From: a bacterium
GTDB lineage: Bacteria; JACRDZ01; JAQUKH01
Length of the DNA stretch: 50,731 bases
Direction of reading: 5' to 3'
Assembly (NCBI GenBank): GCA_028719205.1
Contig: JAQUKH010000019.1
Location: forward strand, 1-50,731
Part shown: positions 39,415 through 48,444 of the stretch, piece by piece
How the letters are laid out: each line of letters opens with the position of its first letter
Numbering within the stretch: position 1 is the stretch's first letter
Program-made: the position numbers and the translations under genes
The notes under the pieces: model-generated
Database searches by the model: none
Seen by the model: the letters and a program-made list of their open reading frames with translations, nothing else
What the model was told of the DNA's origin: nothing

Positions 39415-40387
39415 ATTTATTTAACTCACTTGCTTTTGGAAAAGAACTTTCCCGGGTAAAAATATAAGCGTCATTAACTTCGGTTATTACTTCATTTTCT
39501 ATCATCTCAAAATCTATTTTTTTAAATATATTGTTTTCTAAAAGGTATCTTTCAAATTTTTTTATTGGATCCTTTTTTTTCCACTTTTTTATTTCATTCA
39601 ATGGACGAATATCTGTATGCACTCCCTGGACATTATCATCAGCGCCTACATGGCCGCGTAATCGATAAGTCATAAATTCTAAAAATACAGGCCCCTGCCC
39701 ATTTTTACAAAAATTAACCGCTTTTTTTGCCGCAGCGTATACCTTTAATACATCATTACCATCTATCCTGAAACCGGGAATTCCAAAATGTTTGCCAATT
39801 TCAAAAATATTATTTCTTGCCCGGCATTCTTTTATTGAAAGGTGTGTGGAATATAAATTATTCTCACACGCAAAAATAACAGGCAATTTTTTTAAGGACG
39901 CAAAATTTAAGGACTCGTACAATACACCTTCTCCGGTCGCTCCGTCACCAAAAAAGCTTATTGTAACATTATTTGTTTTTCTGATTTTTGATGCCAGCGC
40001 GCATCCCACAGCTAAAGAAATTGTACCGGCAACGATCGGGGCAGACCCTAACATCCCGACTGATGGATCACATATATGCATTGATCCTCCCCTGCCTCTT
40101 GAACACCCGCTTTCTTTTCCAAAAATTTCCGCGATTAAATCTTTTATCTTACCGCCTTGCGCTAAAAAATGCCCATGAGAACGATGATTTCCAAAAATGT
40201 TATCTTTTGAAGTAATGGCGGCACAAACTCCCGCGGCCACAGCTTCCTGGCCTGAGCAAAGATGAACCGGGCACTTTATTTCCGAATTTAAAATATACGG
40301 AACCAAGCTTTCTTCACAGATCCGGATCCTTAACATTGTTTTATAAATCTTTTTCAATTCGATTTTAGATATTTTTTTTTCCATCAT
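39398..40387 (-). CDS. TPP-dependent 2-oxoacid dehydrogenase E1 alpha-like subunit
   Basis: HL..GQEA, HRSHGH, GRGGSMH, TPP-binding GDGA...ENN motif, DGND, TYR..GH, DP. Confidence 0.92.
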   Translation of the reverse strand: MMEKKISKIELKKIYKTMLRIRICEESLVPYILNSEIKCPVHLCSGQEAVAAGVCAAITSKDNIFGNHRSHGHFLAQGGKIKDLIAEIFGKESGCSRGRGGSMHICDPSVGMLGSAPIVAGTISLAVGCALASKIRKTNNVTISFFGDGATGEGVLYESLNFASLKKLPVIFACENNLYSTHLSIKECRARNNIFEIGKHFGIPGFRIDGNDVLKVYAAAKKAVNFCKNGQGPVFLEFMTYRLRGHVGADDNVQGVHTDIRPLNEIKKWKKKDPIKKFERYLLENNIFKKIDFEMIENEVITEVNDAYIFTRESSFPKASELNKYVFKS

Positions 40388-40408
40388 TATTTACTCTTAG
40401 CAACAAAA

Positions 40409-41560
40409 TCAAGCTTTTTTAACAAATTCTGAATAAAGTTTTCCGTATTCCTTTATCTTACTGGACATCGATAAATTTTCCCTGATAAATTTTTTAGCCT
40501 TTCTTGTCTTGGACAATGCCTCTTCCCTATGTTCCAAAATAAAATTCATACGATCTCTAAGTTCAGTATTGTTTCCCCATTCTACTAAATAACCCGCGTC
40601 CATCTTTTTGACATCCTCTCCTGCACCGGAATTATTGCTGACAATTATCGGTGTATCACATAAAACAGCCTCAATCGGCGCCCATGCCCCTTGTTCATAC
40701 CTGGATGTCTGCACTACAATATCCGCGTCTACTAAAGCAGAAAGTTTATCCCTTCCGCTGCAAAATCCGGCAAATAATACTTTATCTTCAATATTTAATT
40801 TTTTTATTAATTCATCTAACTTCGGTTTAAACCCGTCATCGGAACCCACAATCACAAGGATTACATCATTTCTTATCTTAATAAGTTCATTAAAACCTTC
40901 TACCAAAAAATCAATTCCTTTTATCCAATTTATCCTGCCAATAAACATAATAACTTTTTTATCCTGGATCTTAAATTTATCTCTAAAAAGCCCTCTGGAC
41001 GGTAATTGGACAAAATCTTCAACCGGGAAAGGAGGCTGAATTAATATTATATCATTATCTTTTACACCTAATTCTTTGTATTCATCAATACCCACATTAG
41101 TTTCAGCTATACATTTTTTCGAGTCCCTCAACATTTTATATCCAAATATATTATCAAATAATCGTTTTAAAGCCTTTCTTCTTGTATGTCTTGGCGCAGA
41201 ACCATGAGCGTCAATAACATAAGGGATATTATACTTTTTAGCATAATGATAAACCGCTATATTTTGAAAAGTACGAAAAGCATGAAAATGTATAATATCA
41301 AAATTCTTGAAATTTATCTTTTTTTCATCAAATAATCCAGGCATAATATAAAGCCTTAATGAATTCAGATAACTGCGGGAAGAAATAATAGATACTCCTT
41401 CCAAAGATTTCGCGTATTCATTATCCAATTTATAATCTCCGGTAAGTATCGTAACATCATGCCCTTCCTGTTTTTGAGCCCTGGCAAGCTTATATATCAG
41501 ATCACAGGTACCACCCGCGTGTTTTAAAGAAAAAAAGATAAACACATGTAAAATTTTCAT
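40409..41560 (-). CDS. GT4 glycosyltransferase
   Basis: GG near the N-terminus, GHDV, HG, FIGRI..IKG.D, VG.DDG, SRYE......EA (Ex7E). Confidence 0.88.
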   Translation of the reverse strand: MKILHVFIFFSLKHAGGTCDLIYKLARAQKQEGHDVTILTGDYKLDNEYAKSLEGVSIISSRSYLNSLRLYIMPGLFDEKKINFKNFDIIHFHAFRTFQNIAVYHYAKKYNIPYVIDAHGSAPRHTRRKALKRLFDNIFGYKMLRDSKKCIAETNVGIDEYKELGVKDNDIILIQPPFPVEDFVQLPSRGLFRDKFKIQDKKVIMFIGRINWIKGIDFLVEGFNELIKIRNDVILVIVGSDDGFKPKLDELIKKLNIEDKVLFAGFCSGRDKLSALVDADIVVQTSRYEQGAWAPIEAVLCDTPIIVSNNSGAGEDVKKMDAGYLVEWGNNTELRDRMNFILEHREEALSKTRKAKKFIRENLSMSSKIKEYGKLYSEFVKKA

Positions 41561-41594
41561 ATTATTTTTCCTTACTGGACATTATTTAAATAAT

Positions 41595-43502
41595 TTATAT
41601 CTTTTTTAAAACTATATATAACGGAGAGTCATATACCAGTTCAAAACCTTCTACAGACGATTCTTCGACGGTAGAAATTTTATCTAATTTTTGATTCCAC
41701 ATTCTATTAATTACAATAAAATCAGTATTGTAACGGCTAACAATCTTTGCTCTTTCTTTGGAAGTAGCAGCTTTATTAAAAAACATCTGCATATCATCAT
41801 TTATGGCCGGAATATCCTTAGTTACAATTTGAGCCCAACGTTTGTAGGTTGTAACAACATGTATGCCTCTAAGAGCCGGAAGCATGCAGGAAGTAACGCT
41901 GTCCGTAAATACCATTGAACTTACCGGAACATTTAAAGAAAAATAACTGCAAAAATCCAAAAATTCTTTGCTTGTTTCAAATTTAACGTCACTATACACA
42001 TTTGCCAGCAGTTTCCGGTTCTTTACTGGCGCTATTTTATTCGAAAATAGCATAAAAATCAACAAAATAATGATTATTTGTCCTAAATATTTTCTGTTTA
42101 TTAACAATTTATTCAGTATAATCCATCCCATAAATAAACCGACACCCTCAGCTACAGGCTGAATCCAAACATATCTTTCTGTTGTAAATGGAGGAAAACC
42201 TATTTTCCAAAGAATTAACAAGATTAAAGGATTAAAAACAATTAATAAAGGCAAAATATATAAACCAGATAAATAGGAGGAAATTATAATATTTTTTTTC
42301 TTAAAAAATATTATTGAAGCAGGAAGAATTAATAATCCTAATATATTCCATGGATTTCCGGCAATCCGGGATAGTTTCAAAATATACAATGAATCTCCAA
42401 TTTTATAGAACATATTTCCATACTCTGCAACATAAGCAGGATTATTCATACTATACCAGTTTGATATTTTATTTACTAAGGGAAAGCTCATTAAGACCAG
42501 CAAAACCGGTCCAACGAGTACAATGATCATATAAATTACTATTTTTTTTGCATTTTGGAATTGAAGGAATAATAAAAATCCGGTAAGCAAACCAAAAAGA
42601 AGCAATGAAATAAATTCAATATTTGCAATATGCCAGGATTGTATCGCTGTCGATAATAATATACCAATAGTTAAAATCTTTTTATCAAAATTTTCTAAGT
42701 ACAATAAAATATTATATATAATCGCAGGCAAAAATATATACATGGACGCAAATCTAGGAAAATTAACTTCCCATATCATCCATAAATTGTTTGGAATATA
42801 CAAATAACATAACCAAAAAAAACATATTGCTATTAATGACAGTTGATAATCCTGGGTCAATTTCTTAAACAAGAGGAAAAAATTTGATGTCATAATGATT
42901 ATTATTACCAACCTTAAGATTTCCCAGACAAAGAGAGTATTTTGGCCGGTAACCCGGATAATTAATCCGTATACTATATAATAAGCGTTGAAGGGGTAGA
43001 TAGAATTTGTTATTGGCTCTTTGAAAAATGGATAAATATTTTGGATTTTTGTATCAATAAAAAAAGTAGTTTGGGCAATATGATACCAATAATCGCCTGT
43101 AAACTCACTGGTATTCTCTGCCAAACTTTGCATATTAATAAAAACAAAAAACAAAGTAATTAATAATAACCAAGGGTACCAATCGTTTAAATCAAAAGAT
43201 GGCCGTTTTAGTTCGATGCTGCAATCATTCGATGTAATAGTATAGATAAGGCACATTAATACTATTACGATCCACATGATATTTATATTACCAATGGTTA
43301 AATTTAAAAAATAGCCGGCTATGGCTAAAGGAGTAAAAGATGCTAATCCAAGAGTTATTCTTAATCCCAAGCTTTCAAATATGCTTAATTTATCTTTTAA
43401 GAATTTCTTATCCAGAAAAAAACCCGGAATATAGAAATAAAGAATCACTGTTGAAAATACTTTTAAAAATAGAATTATTTTGCCTATTACACTCAAATAC
43501 AT
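41595..43502 (-). CDS. Large polytopic membrane protein, putative GT-C-fold glycosyltransferase
   Basis: More than 12 hydrophobic segments, an acidic GDYWYH motif in the first large loop, and a soluble C-terminal domain; adjacent to a polyprenol-phosphate-type GT2. Family not confidently recognised. Confidence 0.55.
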   Translation of the reverse strand: MYLSVIGKIILFLKVFSTVILYFYIPGFFLDKKFLKDKLSIFESLGLRITLGLASFTPLAIAGYFLNLTIGNINIMWIVIVLMCLIYTITSNDCSIELKRPSFDLNDWYPWLLLITLFFVFINMQSLAENTSEFTGDYWYHIAQTTFFIDTKIQNIYPFFKEPITNSIYPFNAYYIVYGLIIRVTGQNTLFVWEILRLVIIIIMTSNFFLLFKKLTQDYQLSLIAICFFWLCYLYIPNNLWMIWEVNFPRFASMYIFLPAIIYNILLYLENFDKKILTIGILLSTAIQSWHIANIEFISLLLFGLLTGFLLFLQFQNAKKIVIYMIIVLVGPVLLVLMSFPLVNKISNWYSMNNPAYVAEYGNMFYKIGDSLYILKLSRIAGNPWNILGLLILPASIIFFKKKNIIISSYLSGLYILPLLIVFNPLILLILWKIGFPPFTTERYVWIQPVAEGVGLFMGWIILNKLLINRKYLGQIIIILLIFMLFSNKIAPVKNRKLLANVYSDVKFETSKEFLDFCSYFSLNVPVSSMVFTDSVTSCMLPALRGIHVVTTYKRWAQIVTKDIPAINDDMQMFFNKAATSKERAKIVSRYNTDFIVINRMWNQKLDKISTVEESSVEGFELVYDSPLYIVLKKI

Positions 43503-43518
43503 ATGTCTTCCCCAACAT

Positions 43519-44385
43519 TTAGTCTTCGAACTTCTCTTTTCTTAATTCCGTTATCTGATCGCAAATAATCCCCATAAAAAAAGTAAATATCCCTGAAACA
43601 ATTATTGTCGATGCAAATGTCGGAAATCCCTTTTTAACGGTTAAAGCGGTATAAAAACCATAAATAATTGCCGGTATTAATTGAATAAGGCTTAAAACTG
43701 TAAAAAAAGCAAATGATTCAAAAAGAATCAGAATCCTGAATAATAACTGAATAGTTTTAAAACCATCCCTAAATATTTTAACTGCTGACACTCCTTTTCT
43801 TTTCTGCGTCAATATATCACAATATCCGATTCTATAACCCCTTTTCATCATTAACACAGTAGAAGTCGCTGAAGCGCTAAATCCATCAGGCAGTAAATGC
43901 AAATACTTTTTAATAACATCCAACCTGAAACATCTAAGCCCGGAATTCAGATCCGGGACATCATCTCTGACTATAAGTTTTGCGATATATTTAAGAATCA
44001 ATTTTCCCGCCAAACGATTCGCCTGAACAGCTGAACCTGGTTTTCTAACACCTATCACGACATCTTTGTCACCTCGAAGAACAGGCTCTGCTATGCCTCT
44101 TATGTCTTCAGCCCTATGTTGCCCATCCGCGTCAAACCATACGATAACTTTTCCGCTTGCTGCCTTTGCGGATGTCTTTATAGAGGCACCATAACCTCTA
44201 TTCCTTTCATGGGATAGAACCTTGACTCCGGATATTGATTTTGCTATTTCTTCAGTCCTATCAGAAGAACCATCATTTACTACAATTATCTCCGCTTCCG
44301 GATATTCTTTTTTTAGTACTTTTAAAACATCTCCAATCGCATTTTCTTCATTAAAAGCCGGGATACAAATCGTTAATTCTTTCAT
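43519..44385 (-). CDS. GT2 polyprenol-phosphate glycosyltransferase (DPM/GtrB/ArnC-like)
   Basis: IPAFNEE, VNDGS.D.T, N.GYG, DADGQH, D.NSG.R, and two C-terminal TM helices. Confidence 0.85.
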   Translation of the reverse strand: MKELTICIPAFNEENAIGDVLKVLKKEYPEAEIIVVNDGSSDRTEEIAKSISGVKVLSHERNRGYGASIKTSAKAASGKVIVWFDADGQHRAEDIRGIAEPVLRGDKDVVIGVRKPGSAVQANRLAGKLILKYIAKLIVRDDVPDLNSGLRCFRLDVIKKYLHLLPDGFSASATSTVLMMKRGYRIGYCDILTQKRKGVSAVKIFRDGFKTIQLLFRILILFESFAFFTVLSLIQLIPAIIYGFYTALTVKKGFPTFASTIIVSGIFTFFMGIICDQITELRKEKFED

Positions 44386-44390
44386 TTCTA

Positions 44391-45002
44391 TTAAACCTTA
44401 TTTTTATAATTTTTTTTAAAAACAAAAAGGTTATTCAGCCCATACACAAATCGTTGATGCAATTCCTTTTTAAACTTATTTATTTCAAAAATGAGGATAA
44501 TATCTTTATTCCATAAACCATAAGTTTCTCCTCTCTTCATCCCTCGCTGTTTGTCTTCGCTATACCACCATATTTTATGCCCAATAAGTCCAATAAATGG
44601 ATTTATCATCGTAATAACTACTTTTCCATCTTTTTTTAAAACCCTGTGTATTTCTTTAATCAGCTCTTTTCTTTCCGGAATATGGTTTAAACTTGCTAAC
44701 AATGTCACTGTATCAAAACTTTCATCATTAAAAGGCAATTTATCACAATTTTTGATTACTGTAGCACCGCCGCCCCAATCATAAGTGTCTATTCCGATCC
44801 CGTTACCATACATTTTAACCAAATAATTATCTCCACACCCTATATCAAGCAGTTTACCCTTTAAATTAGGCAAGACATTAAAAATCCTCTCTTGCCTAAG
44901 TGAAGTAAGGCCTAATTTTTCACAAGTATTATCCGGTAAAATAACTAACCGAAACGGCGCGAATAATAAATCATATATTTTTTTAAAAAAAGTTTTTTCC
45001 AT
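44391..45002 (-). CDS. Class I SAM-dependent methyltransferase
   Basis: LLDIGCG, LPF.DESFD, L.H, EIHRVLK.DG. Confidence 0.9.
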   Translation of the reverse strand: MEKTFFKKIYDLLFAPFRLVILPDNTCEKLGLTSLRQERIFNVLPNLKGKLLDIGCGDNYLVKMYGNGIGIDTYDWGGGATVIKNCDKLPFNDESFDTVTLLASLNHIPERKELIKEIHRVLKKDGKVVITMINPFIGLIGHKIWWYSEDKQRGMKRGETYGLWNKDIILIFEINKFKKELHQRFVYGLNNLFVFKKNYKNKV

Positions 45003-45009
45003 AAACTAT

Positions 45010-46443
45010 TTATTGGTTTGAAAAAAGCATTTGTTGAATAAGATATAAAAACCCTCTGAAAATATTCATAAAATCACTCACATTATTAATTGTTTTAAAA
45101 ATAATAATAACCTGTTTAAATCGAAAATAGAATTTTCTATTCCACAGGTTTGAAATATATTTCAATTCATTTCCTGAATAACGTTCATTTGTGCTTAACT
45201 CGCTATTATTGCAAGTCATAACAAACTTGCCCCATTCTTCCCCGCTTTTAGGATGTAATTCCCGTGGTAAATATTTTTCATATACTTCTGTACCGGGATA
45301 AGGAGTTAACGGGAAAAAAATTGCTATTGTTGGACCTATATTTTTTGCCGCTTCCAGCGTCATTTCCATGGTTTTTTCATCATCAAACGGGAATCCCAGA
45401 ATGAATGTACATTGGGTACGTAATCCCGCATCACTACATGCTTTAACCGCTTCCTTAGCTCTTTCGATAGAAATTCCTTTTTTTATTTTTTTTAAAATTT
45501 CAGGGGAACCGGATTCAATACCAAACGCGATCATTTTACAGCCTGCCTTTTTCATAAGCTTGGCGAGATCATAATCTATCGCGTCAACTCTAGACAAACA
45601 ATACCAGGAAGGTCTATTTTTCATTTTAATGAGCCCGTTACAGATACCTTCAATTCTATCCCTTTTTAAAGTCATCGTATCGTCTTCAAAAACGATATGA
45701 TCAATTTTATATTTATTTGTTATCTCTGTAATTTCTGCCAATACATTTTCAACCGATCTAAAACGGTATTCCGACCCCATTGTTAAATGGCTGGAACAAA
45801 ACAAACATTTAAAAGGACACCCACGGCTTGTTATCATAGTCGCGCTTTTCTTGCCAAAATCTATATAACTGTGCAACCGGAATCTGGAAATGTCTACTAA
45901 ATCTCTTGCAGGAAAAGGTAATTTATCCAGGTCTTTAATCAGAGTTTGTTTTTCATTCTCCTGAATATTTCCCTTATCATCGCGCCAGAGCAAGCCTTTA
46001 ACAGATTTAAGATCAGGACTGCTTTTTATTAATTCATTAATCAAATCAAGCATTGTTAATTCACCCTCGCCAACCACAGCAAAATCTGTATCCGGCGATT
46101 GTTCCAGCACTTCTTTCTTTACAGCAGAGATATGGTGTCCGCCCATAATAGTTCTGGCATTACTATTTTTTTTAATAATACCGCAAATATTAATTGCTTT
46201 CGGATAAGTAGATGTCATTACACTTATTCCTACAAGATCAGGATTATAATTCCTAAGGCTCTCCATTAATTCCTGATCGAACCTCTTATTGTCAGCAGGC
46301 TGAAATATTTTAACCGGATATCCTTTTTGTCGTAAAAATGCCGCTAAATAACCTATTCCTAACGGAAAATAATTACCAACTACAATACTTCCTTTTTTAT
46401 AAGCATACGGGGCCTCTATTAACAAAATTCTAAATTCCGGCAT
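45010..46443 (-). CDS. Cobalamin-binding radical SAM protein
   Basis: PLGIGYLAA.L, VGIS, GGHH, GEGE, LPFPARDL, SRGCPFKCLFC, EDD, FGIESGS, TPYPGT. Confidence 0.9.
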   Translation of the reverse strand: MPEFRILLIEAPYAYKKGSIVVGNYFPLGIGYLAAFLRQKGYPVKIFQPADNKRFDQELMESLRNYNPDLVGISVMTSTYPKAINICGIIKKNSNARTIMGGHHISAVKKEVLEQSPDTDFAVVGEGELTMLDLINELIKSSPDLKSVKGLLWRDDKGNIQENEKQTLIKDLDKLPFPARDLVDISRFRLHSYIDFGKKSATMITSRGCPFKCLFCSSHLTMGSEYRFRSVENVLAEITEITNKYKIDHIVFEDDTMTLKRDRIEGICNGLIKMKNRPSWYCLSRVDAIDYDLAKLMKKAGCKMIAFGIESGSPEILKKIKKGISIERAKEAVKACSDAGLRTQCTFILGFPFDDEKTMEMTLEAAKNIGPTIAIFFPLTPYPGTEVYEKYLPRELHPKSGEEWGKFVMTCNNSELSTNERYSGNELKYISNLWNRKFYFRFKQVIIIFKTINNVSDFMNIFRGFLYLIQQMLFSNQ

Positions 46444-46481
46444 TTTCCTGTTTTCCTTCCAGATTATTTTTTTACTCTATA

Positions 46482-48398
46482 CTACACTGCAAACGATTCA
46501 TTTCCTGTGTCAATAAACATATTCCACCAATTAACAAAAATTAAAAGACTCCATATTTGAAAACTAAAATCACATTCCCCTTTTATATGTTGATATATAA
46601 GCCTCTGAATAAATTGAGTATTAAAGATACCGATTTTTTCCAGATTTCGGGTTGACAAAGTATCAAGAACCATTTCCTTCAACGGACCTTGTATCCAAAC
46701 ATTAATAGGAACATTAAACCCTTCTTTCTTTTTTTGCAAAATTTTCCGCGGCAAACGGTTTTTCATGACGTGTTTCAGCATAAATTTTTTCTGAAAATAA
46801 TTATTTAATTTCAGCCTTTCAGGCATTTTCGCAACAAATTCAACCAATTCATGGTCCAGGAAAGGCACACGGGCCTCTAAAGAATGCGCCATACTTGCTC
46901 TATCAACTTTTACAAGCATATCGTTAGGTAAATAAAATTTAGTATCAACTTCCAGCATCGCATTTAAAACTGACTTTCCCGCTTTTCCAAAATATGGTTT
47001 AATAAAATCAAAGGTGGTATAACTACCGATTTGTTTTGAAAATTCTTCGTTATATAATAACCGTTTAAATTGTTCGTCAAAAATAACCCTCCAGTAAAAA
47101 TGCGCTTCCATCCAGGATAATTCAGCACCCCGTACAAATGTTTTAAGTTTATAATCCAAACTTACTTTACTCATTGACGCCGGTAAAATATCAATCATTT
47201 TTTTAATAACATTTACTCTTAAAAACCTTGGTATGAACCGGTAAAGCTTTCGCAGATAGTAAGCCTGATAAGTCTCATAGCCGGCTAATATTTCATCAGC
47301 ACCATCTCCGGATAATACCATTGAAACCTGAGAATGCGCCATTTCAGATAAAAAGTACATTGGAATCATTGAAGAATCAGCTGTCGGTTCTTCAGAATGC
47401 CAAATAATTTTTTTAATAAAGTTTTCATCAATTTTTGGGATAACTACTTTTGAATAATGTTCAGTTTCCAGGTGTCTTGCCACTAATTCTGCATCCGAAA
47501 GTTCATTAAAAGATTTTTCTTCAAAACCAATTGAAAATGTTTTTACTTTGGTATTCATTAAATTTTTCATGTAGTATGCAATACTACTCGAATCCAATCC
47601 TCCGCTTAAAAATACTCCAAACGGCACATCACTTACAATTTGTCTCTGGACGGCTTTCCGGAGTTGATAATCAAAACCTTCCAGCCATTCATTATCACTT
47701 CGTTTTTCCGCACAATTTTCCACAAAAGAAACATCCCAATAACTGTTTATCTCACAATTCCCTGCGTTAATTTTTAAATAATTTCCCGGCATAACCTGAA
47801 AAATATTCTTAAAGAGGGTCAACGGTGCGGTAACATAATTCAAAGAAAAATAATTATGAAGACATGTTTCATTTATTTCCCGGGGTACATTCGGATATGC
47901 CAGAATAGCTTTTATTTCTGAAGCAAACAAAAAATAATTTTGGCTTTTATAATAAAACAAAGGTTTAACACCCAAACGGTCGCGAACTAAAAATAAAGTT
48001 TTATCTCTTTCATCATAAAGAGCAAACGCAAATATGCCGTTTAAACGCTCAAGACATTGTATCCCCCATTCTTCGTAAGCATGAATAATAACTTCACTAT
48101 CAGTACAAGATTTAAAAACATGGCCTCTTTTTTTTAATATATCTGAAATACTTTGAAAATTATAAATTTCACCATTAAATGTGATCCAAATAGTGTCATT
48201 TTCATTACTTAAAGGTTGCCTACCTCTTTCTGATAGATCAATTATTTTTAAACGCCGGTGTCCAAATCCAATATTATCTTTTATATAAAAGCCTTCGCCG
48301 TCAGGACCGCGATGTTTAAGCATCCGCGTCATTTTCGCGAGAATATCAGGCGGTACACATTGAGAATCAAAATTTTTTATTCCAGTAATACCACACAT
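46482..48398 (-). CDS. asnB: Asparagine synthetase B-like glutamine amidotransferase (polysaccharide amidation type)
   Basis: N-terminal MCGI, HRGPD, HRRL.IIDL, NGEIYN, RDR.G.KPL, LSGGLDSS, SGDGADE..AGY, KVDR.SM..SLE.RVPFLD. Confidence 0.92.
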   Translation of the reverse strand: MCGITGIKNFDSQCVPPDILAKMTRMLKHRGPDGEGFYIKDNIGFGHRRLKIIDLSERGRQPLSNENDTIWITFNGEIYNFQSISDILKKRGHVFKSCTDSEVIIHAYEEWGIQCLERLNGIFAFALYDERDKTLFLVRDRLGVKPLFYYKSQNYFLFASEIKAILAYPNVPREINETCLHNYFSLNYVTAPLTLFKNIFQVMPGNYLKINAGNCEINSYWDVSFVENCAEKRSDNEWLEGFDYQLRKAVQRQIVSDVPFGVFLSGGLDSSSIAYYMKNLMNTKVKTFSIGFEEKSFNELSDAELVARHLETEHYSKVVIPKIDENFIKKIIWHSEEPTADSSMIPMYFLSEMAHSQVSMVLSGDGADEILAGYETYQAYYLRKLYRFIPRFLRVNVIKKMIDILPASMSKVSLDYKLKTFVRGAELSWMEAHFYWRVIFDEQFKRLLYNEEFSKQIGSYTTFDFIKPYFGKAGKSVLNAMLEVDTKFYLPNDMLVKVDRASMAHSLEARVPFLDHELVEFVAKMPERLKLNNYFQKKFMLKHVMKNRLPRKILQKKKEGFNVPINVWIQGPLKEMVLDTLSTRNLEKIGIFNTQFIQRLIYQHIKGECDFSFQIWSLLIFVNWWNMFIDTGNESFAV

Positions 48399-48444
48399 AT
48401 TTATTTAAATTAAAAAATAATTCTCCTGCATTATTATTTATAAA

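Noticed and set aside
38425-40387. Housekeeping pyruvate or acetoin dehydrogenase operon
   Set aside because: No E2, E3 or lipoyl gene adjacent and the pair is embedded among sugar genes, so pdhA/pdhB symbols were withheld.
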